Of a DNA stretch of 64,000 nt, positions 47,275 through 59,035 are shown piece after piece. A program made the translations under genes and the position numbers. Positions within the stretch are counted from its first letter, which is position 1. Each line of letters opens with the position of its first letter. The DNA is from Heteronotia binoei (lineage: Eukaryota), in assembly GCF_032191835.1 (NCBI RefSeq), contig NC_083227.1, forward strand, positions 60,140,001 to 60,204,000. Direction: 5' to 3'. The notes under the pieces were generated by a model. It was given only the letters and a program-made list of their open reading frames with translations. It searched no databases and was not told the origin of the DNA.

Positions 47275-47453
47275 CAGAGCTTTTTGTAGCAGGAACTCCT
47301 TTGCATATTAGACCACACAACCCTGATGTAGCAAATCTTCCAAGAGCTTACAGAGCTCTTCCTACAGGGCCTACTGTAAGCTCATGGAGGATTGGCTACA
47401 TCAGGGTTGTGTGGCCTAATATGCAAAGGAGTTCCTGCTACAAAAAAGTCCTG
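47275..47453. mobile_element. hAT MITE (tgcatattaggccacac family)
   Basis: Palindromic element with TSD gctagatg/gctagatt. Confidence 0.88.
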
Positions 47454-47681
47454 GCTAGATTAAACATGATAATTCTCAGGATAATGGATGGTCACTATAA
47501 GAAGCTTCCTTATTCAAATAGATTCTGTTTTGTGCTAACGGGAGCAAATTGATAATTTGCGGCATTGTCTTCTGGAATATATGGTTTACTCAGATAGAAG
47601 AGAATTATGGATTTTGGTGCTTTTTCAAGAGCTATTGCCAACTCCCCCCCCCCTTAAGTTATAGCAATATGCAATAGCAAG

Positions 47682-47960
47682 AGAGCCAGTTTGGTGTAGT
47701 GGTTAAGTGCGCGGACTCTTATCTGGGAGAACCGAGTTTGATTCCCCACTCCTCCATTTGCAGCTGCTGGAATGGCCTTGGGTCAGCCATAGCTCTCTTG
47801 GAGTTGTCCTTGAAAGGACAGCTTCTGGGAGAGCTCTTTCAGCCCCACCTACCTCACAAGGTGTCTGTTGTGGGAGAAGGAGATAAAGGAGATTGTAAGC
47901 CGCTTTGAGACTCTGAGATTCAGTGTATAAGGGCGGGATATGAATCCAATATCATCATCA
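47682..47960 (+). mobile_element. MIR/Ther1-derived SINE (Squam3-like), full length
   Basis: tRNA-like head gagccagtttggtgtagtggttaag...gagtttgattcccc, core ctcagccccacctacctcaca and tail gggcgggatatgaatccaata(tca)n. Confidence 0.88.
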
Positions 47961-50081
47961 TAATATGAATAAATAAATGAGACCAAGTTTGGGGTTGTGT
48001 TGGGTTATTAGGATTGTTTTTTAATTTTGTTAGTGTGATACTGCTCAAGGCCATTGGGTCAAATGAGTCATTTCATGTAAGTAAGTTCTCCTGCACCATA
48101 TGACAGAACTGCTGATCCTGCTCTTTCCCAGGAATGCTGCTTCCAGCATTAGGCTTCTGAAATCATCCTCAGCTTGGTTCCCACCCGCAGCTAAGCCATT
48201 GAGCATCCTATGCATGGACTCATCTTGGTTTATTGGAGTTTGCTGGACAAAGAAGCTGCCATGTTCTTAATGACCAAGTGTCAAGCTACCTGATTGGCCT
48301 CCTACACCCCACAGAAGAAAGCAGAAGCTCTGGAGTTGGCTATCCTGAACTGCAACAAAACCAAAACTTATTTTGCAGGTGTAGATTCTAAACAGCAGCT
48401 GTGGGATGTCCTTTACCTCAAAACCAGATTTTTCTACACATTGGGAGAGAAATCTGTGCACCATGCTCTTGCAGCGGTTGATCCAGGAGGTCCCTGCCTG
48501 CCAGATCCCTCCGATAAATGCCTTTAAATGAGGCATTTCTGGCAGAAGGCCACAAACCCTTGGAATGCTTTTATTTGTAACCCACATAACAGTTATATTC
48601 TTGTCAATGTTTATTGAGTTAAAATATAGCTTGGGGAGGAAAATTTCCCAATGTCTGGATACTTTCTTCCTTCTGTCCTTCTGTCCTTCCTCCCCATCCA
48701 CCCTTACAGTATGATTTTTGCATACTATGCAATTTACTGTTTGGAAGTTCTCCCTATTCTTCCTGTAACATTTTGACCCGTTTAATTTTCTCCTTTCCAA
48801 CAATCATTGGCTGTTGGTGGGGAAACAACTTAGGTAAGTCTGATAAAATATTGTCAGGAGCAGCCCTATGTATAATTGCAGTCTCATATCTAGTTCCACA
48901 CTCAGTTCTACACTAAGATTCCACCCCCCCCCCCACCCACCAGATTGGTAGGTAGTTTGCTTGAGTTACTTTTTACAGATCACCCCTTACAGTATTAATA
49001 GGGATGAATATATGTATATTCCTAACATGCTTAAAGCTACGCAGCTGCAGAAACCCATTTTAGTAATCTCCATACCAACTCAATAAATACCACCCCCAAA
49101 TAAATCCAGGAAATAAGTGTGCTTACTGGGCTGACAGCTATTTTTGTGGACTGAGAAGAGAACAGACATGAAATAGCACACGTCTGGTCAACTGTAAATA
49201 TGACAATTCAGCCCAGGGTTAATCCAGGATCCACACATTTGCTCCTTTCTCAAACTACTCAAACACAACTTCTGTAGATGCCTACAGGCGTTCTTAGGTG
49301 TTTTCACTGTAAGTAGATAGGTTACATTGGTAAGGTCAACTCCACTAGGTTACATTGGCAAGATCAACTCCACATGAGTTCCAGTAACCTGTGCACTAAA
49401 TCAACTAGTACAGATAAAAGCAGAATTTAATAACCATTATGAATAGTACCTTCCCAAATACCCTTAGGATAAAAAAAAAGTCCTCAGAAGTTAACACTAA
49501 ACCCTAGAACATGGAAACCAAATCTGTCAGTGAGCTCTTCTTGTACAAGAAGCTGGGGTAATTAGAACTGTCATTTGTCTCCACAGCTAGTTTTTTTTCC
49601 TAAATGCAAAACATCTCATTTCATTTGTTACAGAGATCCAATTGTTGGTTCTGCCTATTTGTTCATGTTTATGTTTAATTCGATTTATACCCTGCCCTCC
49701 CTGCCGAGGCCTGGAACTAAGTGTTTAAGCTTGGACCTGAGTGTTCTTACACAAACAAGGAAAATGTTACATAATATTTTAAAATGTTTGCATATAGATT
49801 GGGAAACTTTTCTTTTTGTATAGACTGAGCACAGCTCACTTTTAATATTTACTATTATTATTATTGTCGCTATTTATTTATTTATTGTTAACTGTTGTTA
49901 TGCAATAATTTATTTTGGCATTTGGGTCAAATGTGTCAATTTTGGGGTTTTTCCCTTTTTCTTCATTTGTCTAGATATATATCTCCATAATTTAGTGTCA
50001 TACAAAATGTCTTACACCAAATGCAAATTTCAGAATAAGATACTGGTTAATGGTATTAGAAAATTTAAACAGGGAAACTGA

Positions 50082-50722
50082 GAGCACAATCCAGAGGGGC
50101 AGGGGCCGGAAAGTCTTTTGGAAGCAGATGAGCCAGTACGTGGGTGCAGGAAGGGTTTGTTCCGTGGGCGGGGGGAGTTCTGTGGGTGGGAAGACGCCTG
50201 AGCACCGCTCCGTCCGAGGGCAGCGGTGCCTGAGGGCTGCACCCAAGCGTGGGCAGAAGTGAGGCGGAGCGCGGCGTTCAGGCGGAGGAGGGGGTGGAAT
50301 TGGGGGTGCAGCCAGGCTTAGGCGACTTCTGGAGCAGTTTGGCCCATGACACGCCCCCCCCCCCCCGAGAGGCACAACTTTACGCCTGCAAAAATGGCGG
50401 CGTGCCCCATAGGCACTCGTTGAAACCAAAAACAAAGGTCGCCTCCGCCGCTGCAGAAGCTTGCAAACTCCTTAGGGAGCGGCGTGATTGCCTTGCCAAT
50501 TCCCTCGCGCCTCGGGCTGACGAACCCCCTCCTCAGCACCCAATTGTGGTCTCCCCCCTCCTAGAAATACTTCCGCTCTGGCCTCACACAACTCAGTCGT
50601 TAGGGAGAGGAGCGTGTGGCAGGAAGCTCTGCTAGTGAGCTCCCAGCCATACAGATACTGTATGGACTTTCCATACAGATACTGTAAGGACTTTCCAGCC
50701 TGCCCCCCTCAGGATTGCGCTC
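50082..50722. mobile_element. CpG-rich non-autonomous DNA element with GAGCACAATCC/GGATTGCGCTC termini
   Basis: About 33-bp imperfect TIRs at 50082-50115 and 50689-50722. The superfamily is not established. Confidence 0.6.
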
Positions 50723-50831
50723 TCAGTTCCCTGTTTAAATTTTCTAATACCATTAACCAGTATCTTATTCTAAAATCTGCATTTGGCCAACGCCATGCTG
50801 GGAATTATCAGGAAGGAAATTGAGAACAAAT

Positions 50832-51931
50832 GACGATGGTGTCTACATCCGCTATCGCACCAATGACAACCTGTTCAACCTGAGGCGACTAAAGGCCCAC
50901 TCCAAGACAATGGAAAAACTTATCCAAGAGCTACTGTTTGCTGATGCTGCTGCACTTGTCTCCCACTCGGTATCAGCTCTGCAGCATATGACGTCCTGCT
51001 TTGCAGAGGCTGCCAAGCTATTCGGCCTAGAAGTTAGTCTGAAGAAGACAGAAGTTCTCCACCAGCCTGCACCCCAGGAAGATTATCATCCTCCTTGCAT
51101 CACTGTGGGTGAATCAGTTTTGAAGACAGTCCAGCAGTTCAGCTACCTGGGGTGCATCATCTCCTCAGACGCCAAGATCGACAAGGAGATTGACAACAGG
51201 CTGGCAAAGGCAAACCGTGCATTTGGCCGACTGCATAAAAGAGTGTGCAGCAACAAGCATCTGAAAAAAGGCACAAAGATCAATGTTAACAAAGCGGTTG
51301 TGATGACAACCCTCATCTACGGCTCCGAATCGTGGGTTTTATACCGTCATCACCTGCGACTCCTTGAGCACTTTCATCAGCGCTGCCTTCGCACCATCCT
51401 CAACATCCACTGGAGTGACTTTGTAACCAACACTGAAGTCCTCAAGCGGGCGGAGGTTACAAGCATCGAGGCATTGCTGTTGAAGACGCAGCTGTGCTGG
51501 GCAGGGCATATCTCCAGGATGGAAAACCACTGCCTTCCCAAGATTGCCCTGTATGGCGAACTTTCCACCGGCCATCGAAATAGAGGGGCACCAAAGAAGA
51601 GGTACAAGGACTCCTTGAAGAAATCCCTTGGTACCTGTTGCATTAACCATCACCAGTGGCCTGACCTAGCCTCAGATCGCAAAGCATGGAGGCACACCAT
51701 CCACCAGGCTGTCTCTTCCTTTGAGAACGCACGCATAGCTGGTCTTGAGGACAAAAGGAGATTGAGGAAGAATCGTACTGCTACAGCACCAACCCCAAAT
51801 CAGACTTTTCGCTGCAGCCACTGTGGCCGGACCTGCCTGTCCCGCATTGGTCTTGTCAGCCACCAGCGAGCCTGCAGCAGACGTGGACTACTGCACCTTT
51901 CTTAAATCTTCGTTCACGAAGTCAAGCCGAG
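50832..51931 (+). mobile_element. RTE-clade LINE, 5'-truncated, uninterrupted ORF (RT C-terminal part plus Cys/His motif)
   Basis: GVYIRYRTNDNLFNLRRLKAH...LLFADAAAL (catalytic FADD changed to FADA), FSYLG, RGAPKKRYKD and CSHCGRTCLSRIGLVSHQRAC. The tail is aagccgaga. A 65-bp direct repeat flanks it. Confidence 0.93.
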
Positions 51932-52342
51932 ATTCTGAAATCTGCATTTGGCCAACGCCATGCTGGGAATTATTAGGAAGGGAATTGAGAACAAATCAGC
52001 CAGTATCATAATGCCCCTGTATAAATCAATGGTGCGGTCTCATTTGGAATACTGTGTGCAATTCTGGTCACCGCACCTCAAAAAGGATATTATAGCATTG
52101 GAAAAAATCCAGAAAAGGGCAACTAGAATGATTAAAGGGTTGGAACACTTTCCCTATGAAGAAAGGTTAAAACGCTTGGGGCTCTTTAGCTTGGAGAAAC
52201 GTCGACTGCGGGGTGACATGATAGAGGTTTACAAGATAATACATGGGATGGGGAAAGTAGAGAAAGAAGTACTTTTCTCCCTTTCTCACAATATAAGAAC
52301 TCGTGGGCATTCGATGAAATTGCTGAGCAGTCAAGTTAAAAC

Positions 52343-52402
52343 TGAGCCTGCTTCGGCGGGGAGGGCGGGGTATAAATAAAAAAAATATTATTATTAAATT
52401 TA
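52343..52402 (+). mobile_element. Ultra-short L2-type 3' tail insertion
   Basis: tgagcctgcttcggcggggagggcggggtataaataaaa..., with a 7-bp TSD TTAAAAC at 52336-52342 and 52403-52409. Confidence 0.8.
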
Positions 52403-52578
52403 TTAAAACGGATAAAAGGAAGTACTTCTTCACCCAAAGGGTGATTAACATGTGGAATTCACTGCCACAGGAGGTGGTGGAGGCTACAAGCATAGACAAC
52501 TTCAAGAGAGGGTTAGATAAAAATATGGAGCAGAGGTCCATCAGTGGCTATTAGCCACAGTGTGTGTATGTATATATA

Positions 52579-52623
<45 letters not shown>

Positions 52624-54717
52624 TTTGGCCACTGTGTGACACAGTGTTGGACTGGATTGGCCATTGGCCTGATCCAACATGGCTTCTCTTATGTTTTTAT
52701 GTTCTTGCAGACTTAGAGTGAGGGACAGGCAGGCACGTTGGTGACGGGTTTTGCACCTCGCGGTTGCTTTGACGGTATCTTTGACTTGCAAGGGGGGAGA
52801 GAGAGGTTTCTCCCCTGGGGCTAACTACTCTTGTTTCCAGGTCTCCACAGGTTCCGGGCTCCCGGAGGCTCTGCATGCGAGGACTGTCGCCCTTGGCTGG
52901 TTAAGTTCCACTGCCCCCCCAGCCTCCCTCTCCCCTTGCTCTTGACACTCGGTGTGTGAACGTCTCTAACACTTCAACTAGGCAGTGGGCTCCGGCAGGG
53001 GGCATTTGCTGACACCACTCCCCTGTGCTGCAGCCTGCTCTCTTTCCTCGGTCTGCCCTCTGCCGCATTCCCAACCCCTGGCAGGCCACCATGTGTGTGT
53101 GTCTGGCTGCTGTCCCATTGCGGGGAGGTGGGTCAGAGACTGTCCCTTTAAGAGAGCACCCGGCTGAAACGCAGCCCGCTCTTCCAGCTGCTGCCCCTGC
53201 AGGTGCTCTTGATCTCTATCTCCGTTTTGCAGGTGGGACTCCAACACAGAGGCTTCCGTGTGTGCCACTCTACCGCCCCCCCCACTCCCTCAGCTGTTTC
53301 TGCCTGCCGCGCAGAATGGAGCCCCGCCCACGGCGAGACTGCCCAGCACGCGAAAGGGAGACTGTTGCACTCTGTTCTGGAAAAATAAAGTCTGAGCTGT
53401 GCCCTCTGTTGCCTCTCCCATTTGGCATCTGCTGCACATTCCCTGTGCAACTCCGCCCCTGTCATTGGCCTCTCCGAGGGAATGCCTGGGAGGGTGGGCA
53501 GACTTGGTTTTGTGGGGGGGAATGGTCTATGAGCTGCCACACTGCCCCCCACATGGCTGGACAGGGGAGGGGAGTGCCACCCCTCAGCCTGCCCGGGCTG
53601 ACAGCCTACCTGACCCTACAGGGCTGTTGTGTGCAGGGCACTAAGGGGGTGGGGCTGATGAAGTGGACTCAGAGTTCTGCGGCTGATTCACTCGCACTCT
53701 GAGTTCTGCGGCCCCCGGGGGAGATGTTCCGTGCACAAGGCAGGGGGGAGTCAGGGCAGCACAGGGGGTCTCTAGGTGGGGGGGGGGTGTCTGCTCCTGA
53801 GCTGCTCACTCCAAGACACACATTCCAGCCGCTGTCTATGACAGCGAGCTCCTGCACTTGGTACTTCCTGCTTGTCTGCCTGCCATTGGCAGAGTCTCTG
53901 ACAGCGGGAGGGTGTGAGGGGATTGATGGCTTCTCCGTGGTTCTGTGCAGGCCTGTCTCGCCTCCACCCCCACCTCACCACCAAGCCAGGCTTCTCGTGC
54001 GCACTTGCCCAGCCTCACTCCTGTTCCCTCCCCATGTTGGTGGGGTGTCTCTCCTTTGCCTGTGATGGTCTGCCCATCATTGGCTCCATTCTCTGTTTGT
54101 GGGTGGGCTGGGGATGGGTATCAGCCTCTCTGGGGCCACCTCTCCCCATCCCTGACTGTCATGAGTTGCGGTGCATGCGCCAGGACTGGTCAATGGGGGT
54201 GGGTGGGCTGGCCCTCCCCTCCGGCTGCCTCCGCCTCCCTTCTGTGCCTCCCACCTCCCTTCTGTGCCTCTCCCCTCCCCACGCTCCAGCGTGCCAAAGT
54301 CCTCAGGAAGTCTACTAGCGGCGTGGCAACTACTCCGTGGCCGGCCACCCCTTATCTCTGGATTGGGCTGCCCGTTCTGGATATTCTCTTTCAAAATCTT
54401 CCTTCAAGTGGACTTAGAAGGTGATTCTAAAGGTAATCTTGCAAGCTCTGCCAAGGAGCACCTTTCTAGGCCATGAAAACAGAAGAAACTGATGTTATGT
54501 ATGAAAATACAAATGTGGCAGCTCACTCTCAGTACTGGCATACTAGTCATAATCTAGGCTTTCAGATAGTGGGTGGATGGATGGATATGAAAACCAAACT
54601 TGAGCTACTGAGCACTAAGGCAGCTCAGTAAATAAACTGAAATTCATAGTGACATTGCCAACACCCACCAATCATGAACTAAAATGTCAATAATGCATCT
54701 ATGTACTCTGTATATAG

Positions 54718-54997
54718 AAAGAAGAAGAAGATATCGGATTTATATCCCGCCCTCCACTCCGAAGAGTCTCAGAGCGGCTCACAATCTCCTTTACCTTCCT
54801 CCCTCACAACAGACACCCTGTGAGGTGGGTGAGGCTGGAGAGGGCTCTCACAGCAGCTGCCCTTTCAAGGACAACCTCTGGCAGAGCTATGGCTGACCCA
54901 AGGCCATTACAGCAGGTGCAAGTGAGGAGTGTGGAATCAAACCCGGTTCTCCCAGATAAGAGTCCGCACACTTAACCACTACACCAAACTGGCTCTC
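54718..54997 (-). mobile_element. Squam3-like SINE, full length
   Basis: Reverse-complement match to 47682-47960, ending ...ccactacaccaaactggctctc. Confidence 0.9.
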
Positions 54998-55169
54998 CAG
55001 TGAATCAATGTATACCAATGACAGTACATCTCATGTCAACCTGCTCCCATCCACCAATAGAACAACTTTTGGACTGATTTCTGGAATCAGTTGAATTTGG
55101 GGATAGCCATCTTGATTTTGGAGGAGAGTTTCGCAGATAACATGAACTGCCAAAAAAACTAAAAAGTTA

Positions 55170-55445
55170 ATTCTAGATCAAATCCAGCCTGGAAGCTAAA
55201 CTGACTAAACTGAGGCTCTCTACTTTGGCCACCTCATGAGAAGACAAGACTCACTGGAAAAGATAATAATGCTAGGAAAATTTGAAGGCAGTAGGAAAAG
55301 AGGAAGACCCAACATTCCTTTCCTCAGGAAAGGATGCCACAACTTTCAGTTTGCAAGACCTGAGCAAGGCTGTAAATGATAGAACATTTGGGAAGTCATT
55401 AATTCATAAAGTTGCCATAAGTTGGAAGTGACTTGATGACATGTA
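55170..55445 (+). mobile_element. RTE-BovB LINE 3' end
   Basis: Decayed translation KLRLSTLATS/RRQDSLEKIIMLGKFEGSRKRGRP...LQDLSKAVNDR, with tail gtgacttgatgacatgtaa. Confidence 0.8.
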
Positions 55446-55742
55446 ATACACATCTTGGGCTAAAAAAGAGATCCTGGAACAGCTGCCTTGTTCTGGTTGT
55501 TTGCAGTTGCTTCTGGCACCTAGCTCATATCAATCATGTCATCGGCCTGAGCAGTGCAAGGTGGCAAGTCCAAGTTTGTCCCACGACCCTTCCAAGGACC
55601 AGAACTGGATGTGCTCTCTAATGAATTCCATAATTTGTCACTTTCAGCATGCCTGGGTTCTGTAAAATCCAGATCTTCTGCTGCTGAGCAATGTATGCCA
55701 AGGAAAAGATAAAAAGATTAAAAGTGGTTTCAACTGGACGTG

Positions 55743-55805
55743 CATAATAATAATAATAATTTTTAATTTATATCCCACCCTCCCCGCCGAAGCAGGCTCA
55801 GGGCA
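55743..55805 (-). mobile_element. Ultra-short L2-type 3' tail
   Basis: (taa)n followed by ttatatcccaccctccccgccgaagcaggctcaggg, the reverse complement of 52343-52402. Confidence 0.75.
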
Positions 55806-57097
55806 TCATATTTACATGTCATATCACAATTTTATATGTCACGGTTTTTGCAAAACTTTGTTTTGCTAAGGTAAACACACACTACAGCTGAAGCTACCTT
55901 TGAAAGGTAAGTCCATCTATATAGGTGACATGTCAAACTCTATAAATGTAGGGCCTCTTAATTTAGAGGATGAGGCCATGGGAACTCCAATAAGTAGTTT
56001 TCCAGCATCTGAGAATAGCTTGGCACATGCGCCCAGCTCGCTGATCAGCCTCTGAAGCCAAAACTAATTTATTGTGTGATGTGAAGCATTATCAGTTTGG
56101 AAACATATCCTCTTCTACCACTTGGGTTTTAGAAAATGCAGTTCTGTGCACATTAATAAAGAGGAGAAGTTTGCTGACAGACCTGATTAAACCCACATGT
56201 GCTCTAAGAGCCTAGTCAGGCTCAGGACTTGCCCCACATAGACCCTTCCTTGTATGCCAGGAAACGCACTCTGTATTTCATTATTGGTTTAAATATTTCA
56301 TTTTGATTGCACAGCAGGGGCCCTCGTCCATTGACTGCAAATCTTACATTCTTTATAAAATAAGAAACAAAGATCAACCTCCAATACAGACTTAGAAGAC
56401 TTGCAAAGCACAAGAATCTGAATTTTCCGCACAAACCTGATTAGTGAGTTTACTGTTTCCCCATGGCTATCCTGTGCCACAAGGTTTTGTCCTTTAATTT
56501 GAAACCATGAGCTGGAAATGTTGTTATTTCATGAAAATTACTGGTTGGTTGATTGCCCACTTTTTGGACTATGGGTTAGTATTTAAGTTGGACAGTATTT
56601 TAATCCTTACACTAGTACACCCCAGCCTTAGTAAAGAAGGATAAGGAGGAAATAGAGAAAAAGAGTTACTGTGTAGACTTTCCATATACATGAAAATGGC
56701 TTAAGCCAGCACTATTTTTGGAGAGATGAAAGGTAGGAGCTGGACATTCAAGCGTCATTAGGTACTATCCTGGTTAGGTTACCAAGCAACTTTAAATTGG
56801 GTCCTGGAGTTCTCTTAGAAATAATATTGATCTCCAGATTACAGAGATCAGTTCCCCTGGAGGAAATGACAGCTTTGGAGGGCTCTGTGTCATTACAATC
56901 CCACTGAGGTCCTTTCTTTCCAATGTTGATCCTCCCCTGGCACAATCCCCAAAACTCCAGGAATTTCTCAAGCTGTCATTAGCAATTCCTACTGTGCTAG
57001 GTCCATTCAAAATAGAGGGCAGGTTGCTAAGAATCTAAATCAACTGCAATACTATTGTTCAATATAGTTATTGTAAATAATCTAAATTGGACAGGTA

Positions 57098-57272
57098 AAA
57101 TCAAGTGGATAGCCATATTGGTCTCAAGCAGCAGAAAAATGTTTGAGCCCAGTGGCACTTTTAAGACCAACAGAGTTTTATTCTGGGTATAAGTTGTAGT
57201 GTGCACGCACACAGAGGCTTCTAGCCAGAATAAGACTTTGTTGGTCCTAAAAGTGACTCTGGACTCAAACTT
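57098..57272. mobile_element. Penelope-like pLTR remnant in inverted arrangement
   Basis: Inverted arms at about 57142-57186 and 57225-57270 surround gtgtgcacgcacac. Confidence 0.55.
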
Positions 57273-58208
57273 TGTTGGCCAAGAAAATACACTCAGGTGT
57301 ACAGTGGTACATGGATTTAGAGTGAATGCTTAACTTGTTGTTGTACTAGAAACTTTTCTGTTGCATTGTGGATGAGAAGCAAAAAAGAAAAGAAAATGTA
57401 GTTGCTCAAGAGGACGCACCAAGGTTCATACATATTGGTTAGGTGTAAGGGACAGGTTTGAAGCAATGGCTGGGTGTAGAATTTGGTCCAGCCAGCTTTT
57501 ACACTGAATTGCAACTTATCCCCCCACCGTATTATAGCCCCTGGCCCACATGACTTTTGCCCATGATGCCCTCCATGGCCTTTCTTGGGTGGCCAAAAGG
57601 GATGTATTAGGGAACAGAGTCGGGCTTCTAGGCCTCTTGGTATAGTGGGAGGCCTCCCACTGGAGGCCATCCTTGCCTGCTACCACTTCACGTGGCAGTG
57701 GGAGGAAAAAACCCTCAGTGTTGTGTATGCCAATATGCAACTTCTATGGGAAGCCTGGAAGTGACATAGAGTAGCCCTAGGGATTGCCAGAAACTCTATG
57801 GTAAAACCACAGAAGTGATGTAGCAGCACATATGGCATTATAGCCCCCTCAAGTCCCTGCCCCCAAACCTCCTGCCAGTTGCACATATGACATTATAGCC
57901 CCCTCAATTCCCTGTCCCCAAACCTCCTGCCAGTTGCCAGGCACAGCAACCATATAACAGAGCAAGAACTCAGAGCAACAACAGCTAGGGCTGGTGAACT
58001 GATTGATGCAGGATTGACTGAGATTGAGAAGGATGCAGCTGTCTAAATGTTTAAGGGCTGACATAGTGTAACTGCTAAGTCTGCTAAGTCTGATCCAAGT
58101 TGGTAGCCATGTTGGTCTGAAGCAACAGAATAAAGCAAGAGTCCAGAAGAAGTGTGTGCTTGTGTAACACATGAAAGCTTATACCTTGAATAAAACTTTG
58201 TTGGCCTT

Positions 58209-59035
58209 AGCCAGTTTGGTTTAGGTGGTTAAGTGTGTGGACTCTTAACTGGGAGAACCTGGCAGGGACTGACCAAGAGAAAGATCTTGGGGTCGTGGTA
58301 GATAACTCACTGAAAATATCAAGAGAGTGTGCGATTGCAATAAAAAAGGCCAACACCATGCTGGGAATTATTAGGAAGGGAATTGAAAACAAATCAGCCA
58401 GTATCATAATGCCCCTGTATAAATCGATGGCGCGGTCTCATTTGGAATACTGTGTGCAATTCTGGTCACTGCACCTCAAAAAGGATATTATAGCATTGGG
58501 AAAAGTCCAGAAAAGGGCAACTAGAATGATTAAAGGGTTGGAACACTTTCCCTATGAAGAAAGGTTAAAACACTTGGGGCTCTTTAGCTTGGAGAAACGT
58601 TGACTGCAGAGTGACATGATAGAGGTTTACAAGATTATGCATGGGATGGAGAAAGTAGAGAAAGAAGTACCGTACTTTTCTCCGTTTCTCACAATACAAG
58701 AACTCATATATATATAAATTTTTGACCACTGTGTGATACAGAGTGTTGGACTGGATGGGCCATTGGCCTGATCTAACATGGCTTCTCCTATGTTCTTATG
58801 AACCAAGTTTGATTCCCCACTCCTCCACTTACTGCTGGAATGGCCTTGGGTTATCCATAGCTATCACAGGAGTTGTCCTTGAAAGGGCAGCTTCTGTGAG
58901 AGCCCTCTCAGCCCCACCCACCTCACAGGGTGTCTGTTGTGGGGGAAGAAGATATAGGAGATTGTAAGCTGCTCTGAGTCTCTGATTCAGAGAGAAGGGT
59001 GGAGTATAAATCTGCAGTCTTCTTCTTCTTCTTAA
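58209..59035 (+). mobile_element. Squam3-like SINE split by a CR1 insertion
   Basis: The head lies at 58209-58259 and the remainder at 58801-59035. AACC is duplicated at 58256-58259 and 58801-58804. Confidence 0.85.
58260..58800 (+). mobile_element. CR1 3' fragment with an internal deletion
   Basis: ORF 58235-58603 (EKDLGVVVDNSLK...HLEYCVQFW). Relative to the 52000 copy it jumps from aagaactc to the (TA)n UTR. The tail is ttatg. Confidence 0.92.

Larger units (their letters stand above)
50785..52706 (+). mobile_element. CR1 LINE 3' portion, interrupted by the RTE and by an L2-type tail
   Basis: ANAMLGIIRKGIENK...HLEYCVQFWSPHLKKDI...RATRMIKGLE...RLRGDMIEVYKI, then a UTR with (TA)n/(TG)n and the tail cttatgtttttatgttctt. 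Confidence 0.93.

Noticed and set aside
50820-51905. 361-aa ORF as a domesticated or functional gene
   Set aside because: It is 5'-truncated, the catalytic FADD is mutated to FADA, and the ATG comes from duplicated flank. An open frame is expected for a young insertion.
53025-53702. 225-aa ORF in the GC-rich segment
   Set aside because: It has no recognisable domain or splice context, and long ORFs occur in several frames as expected at high GC.
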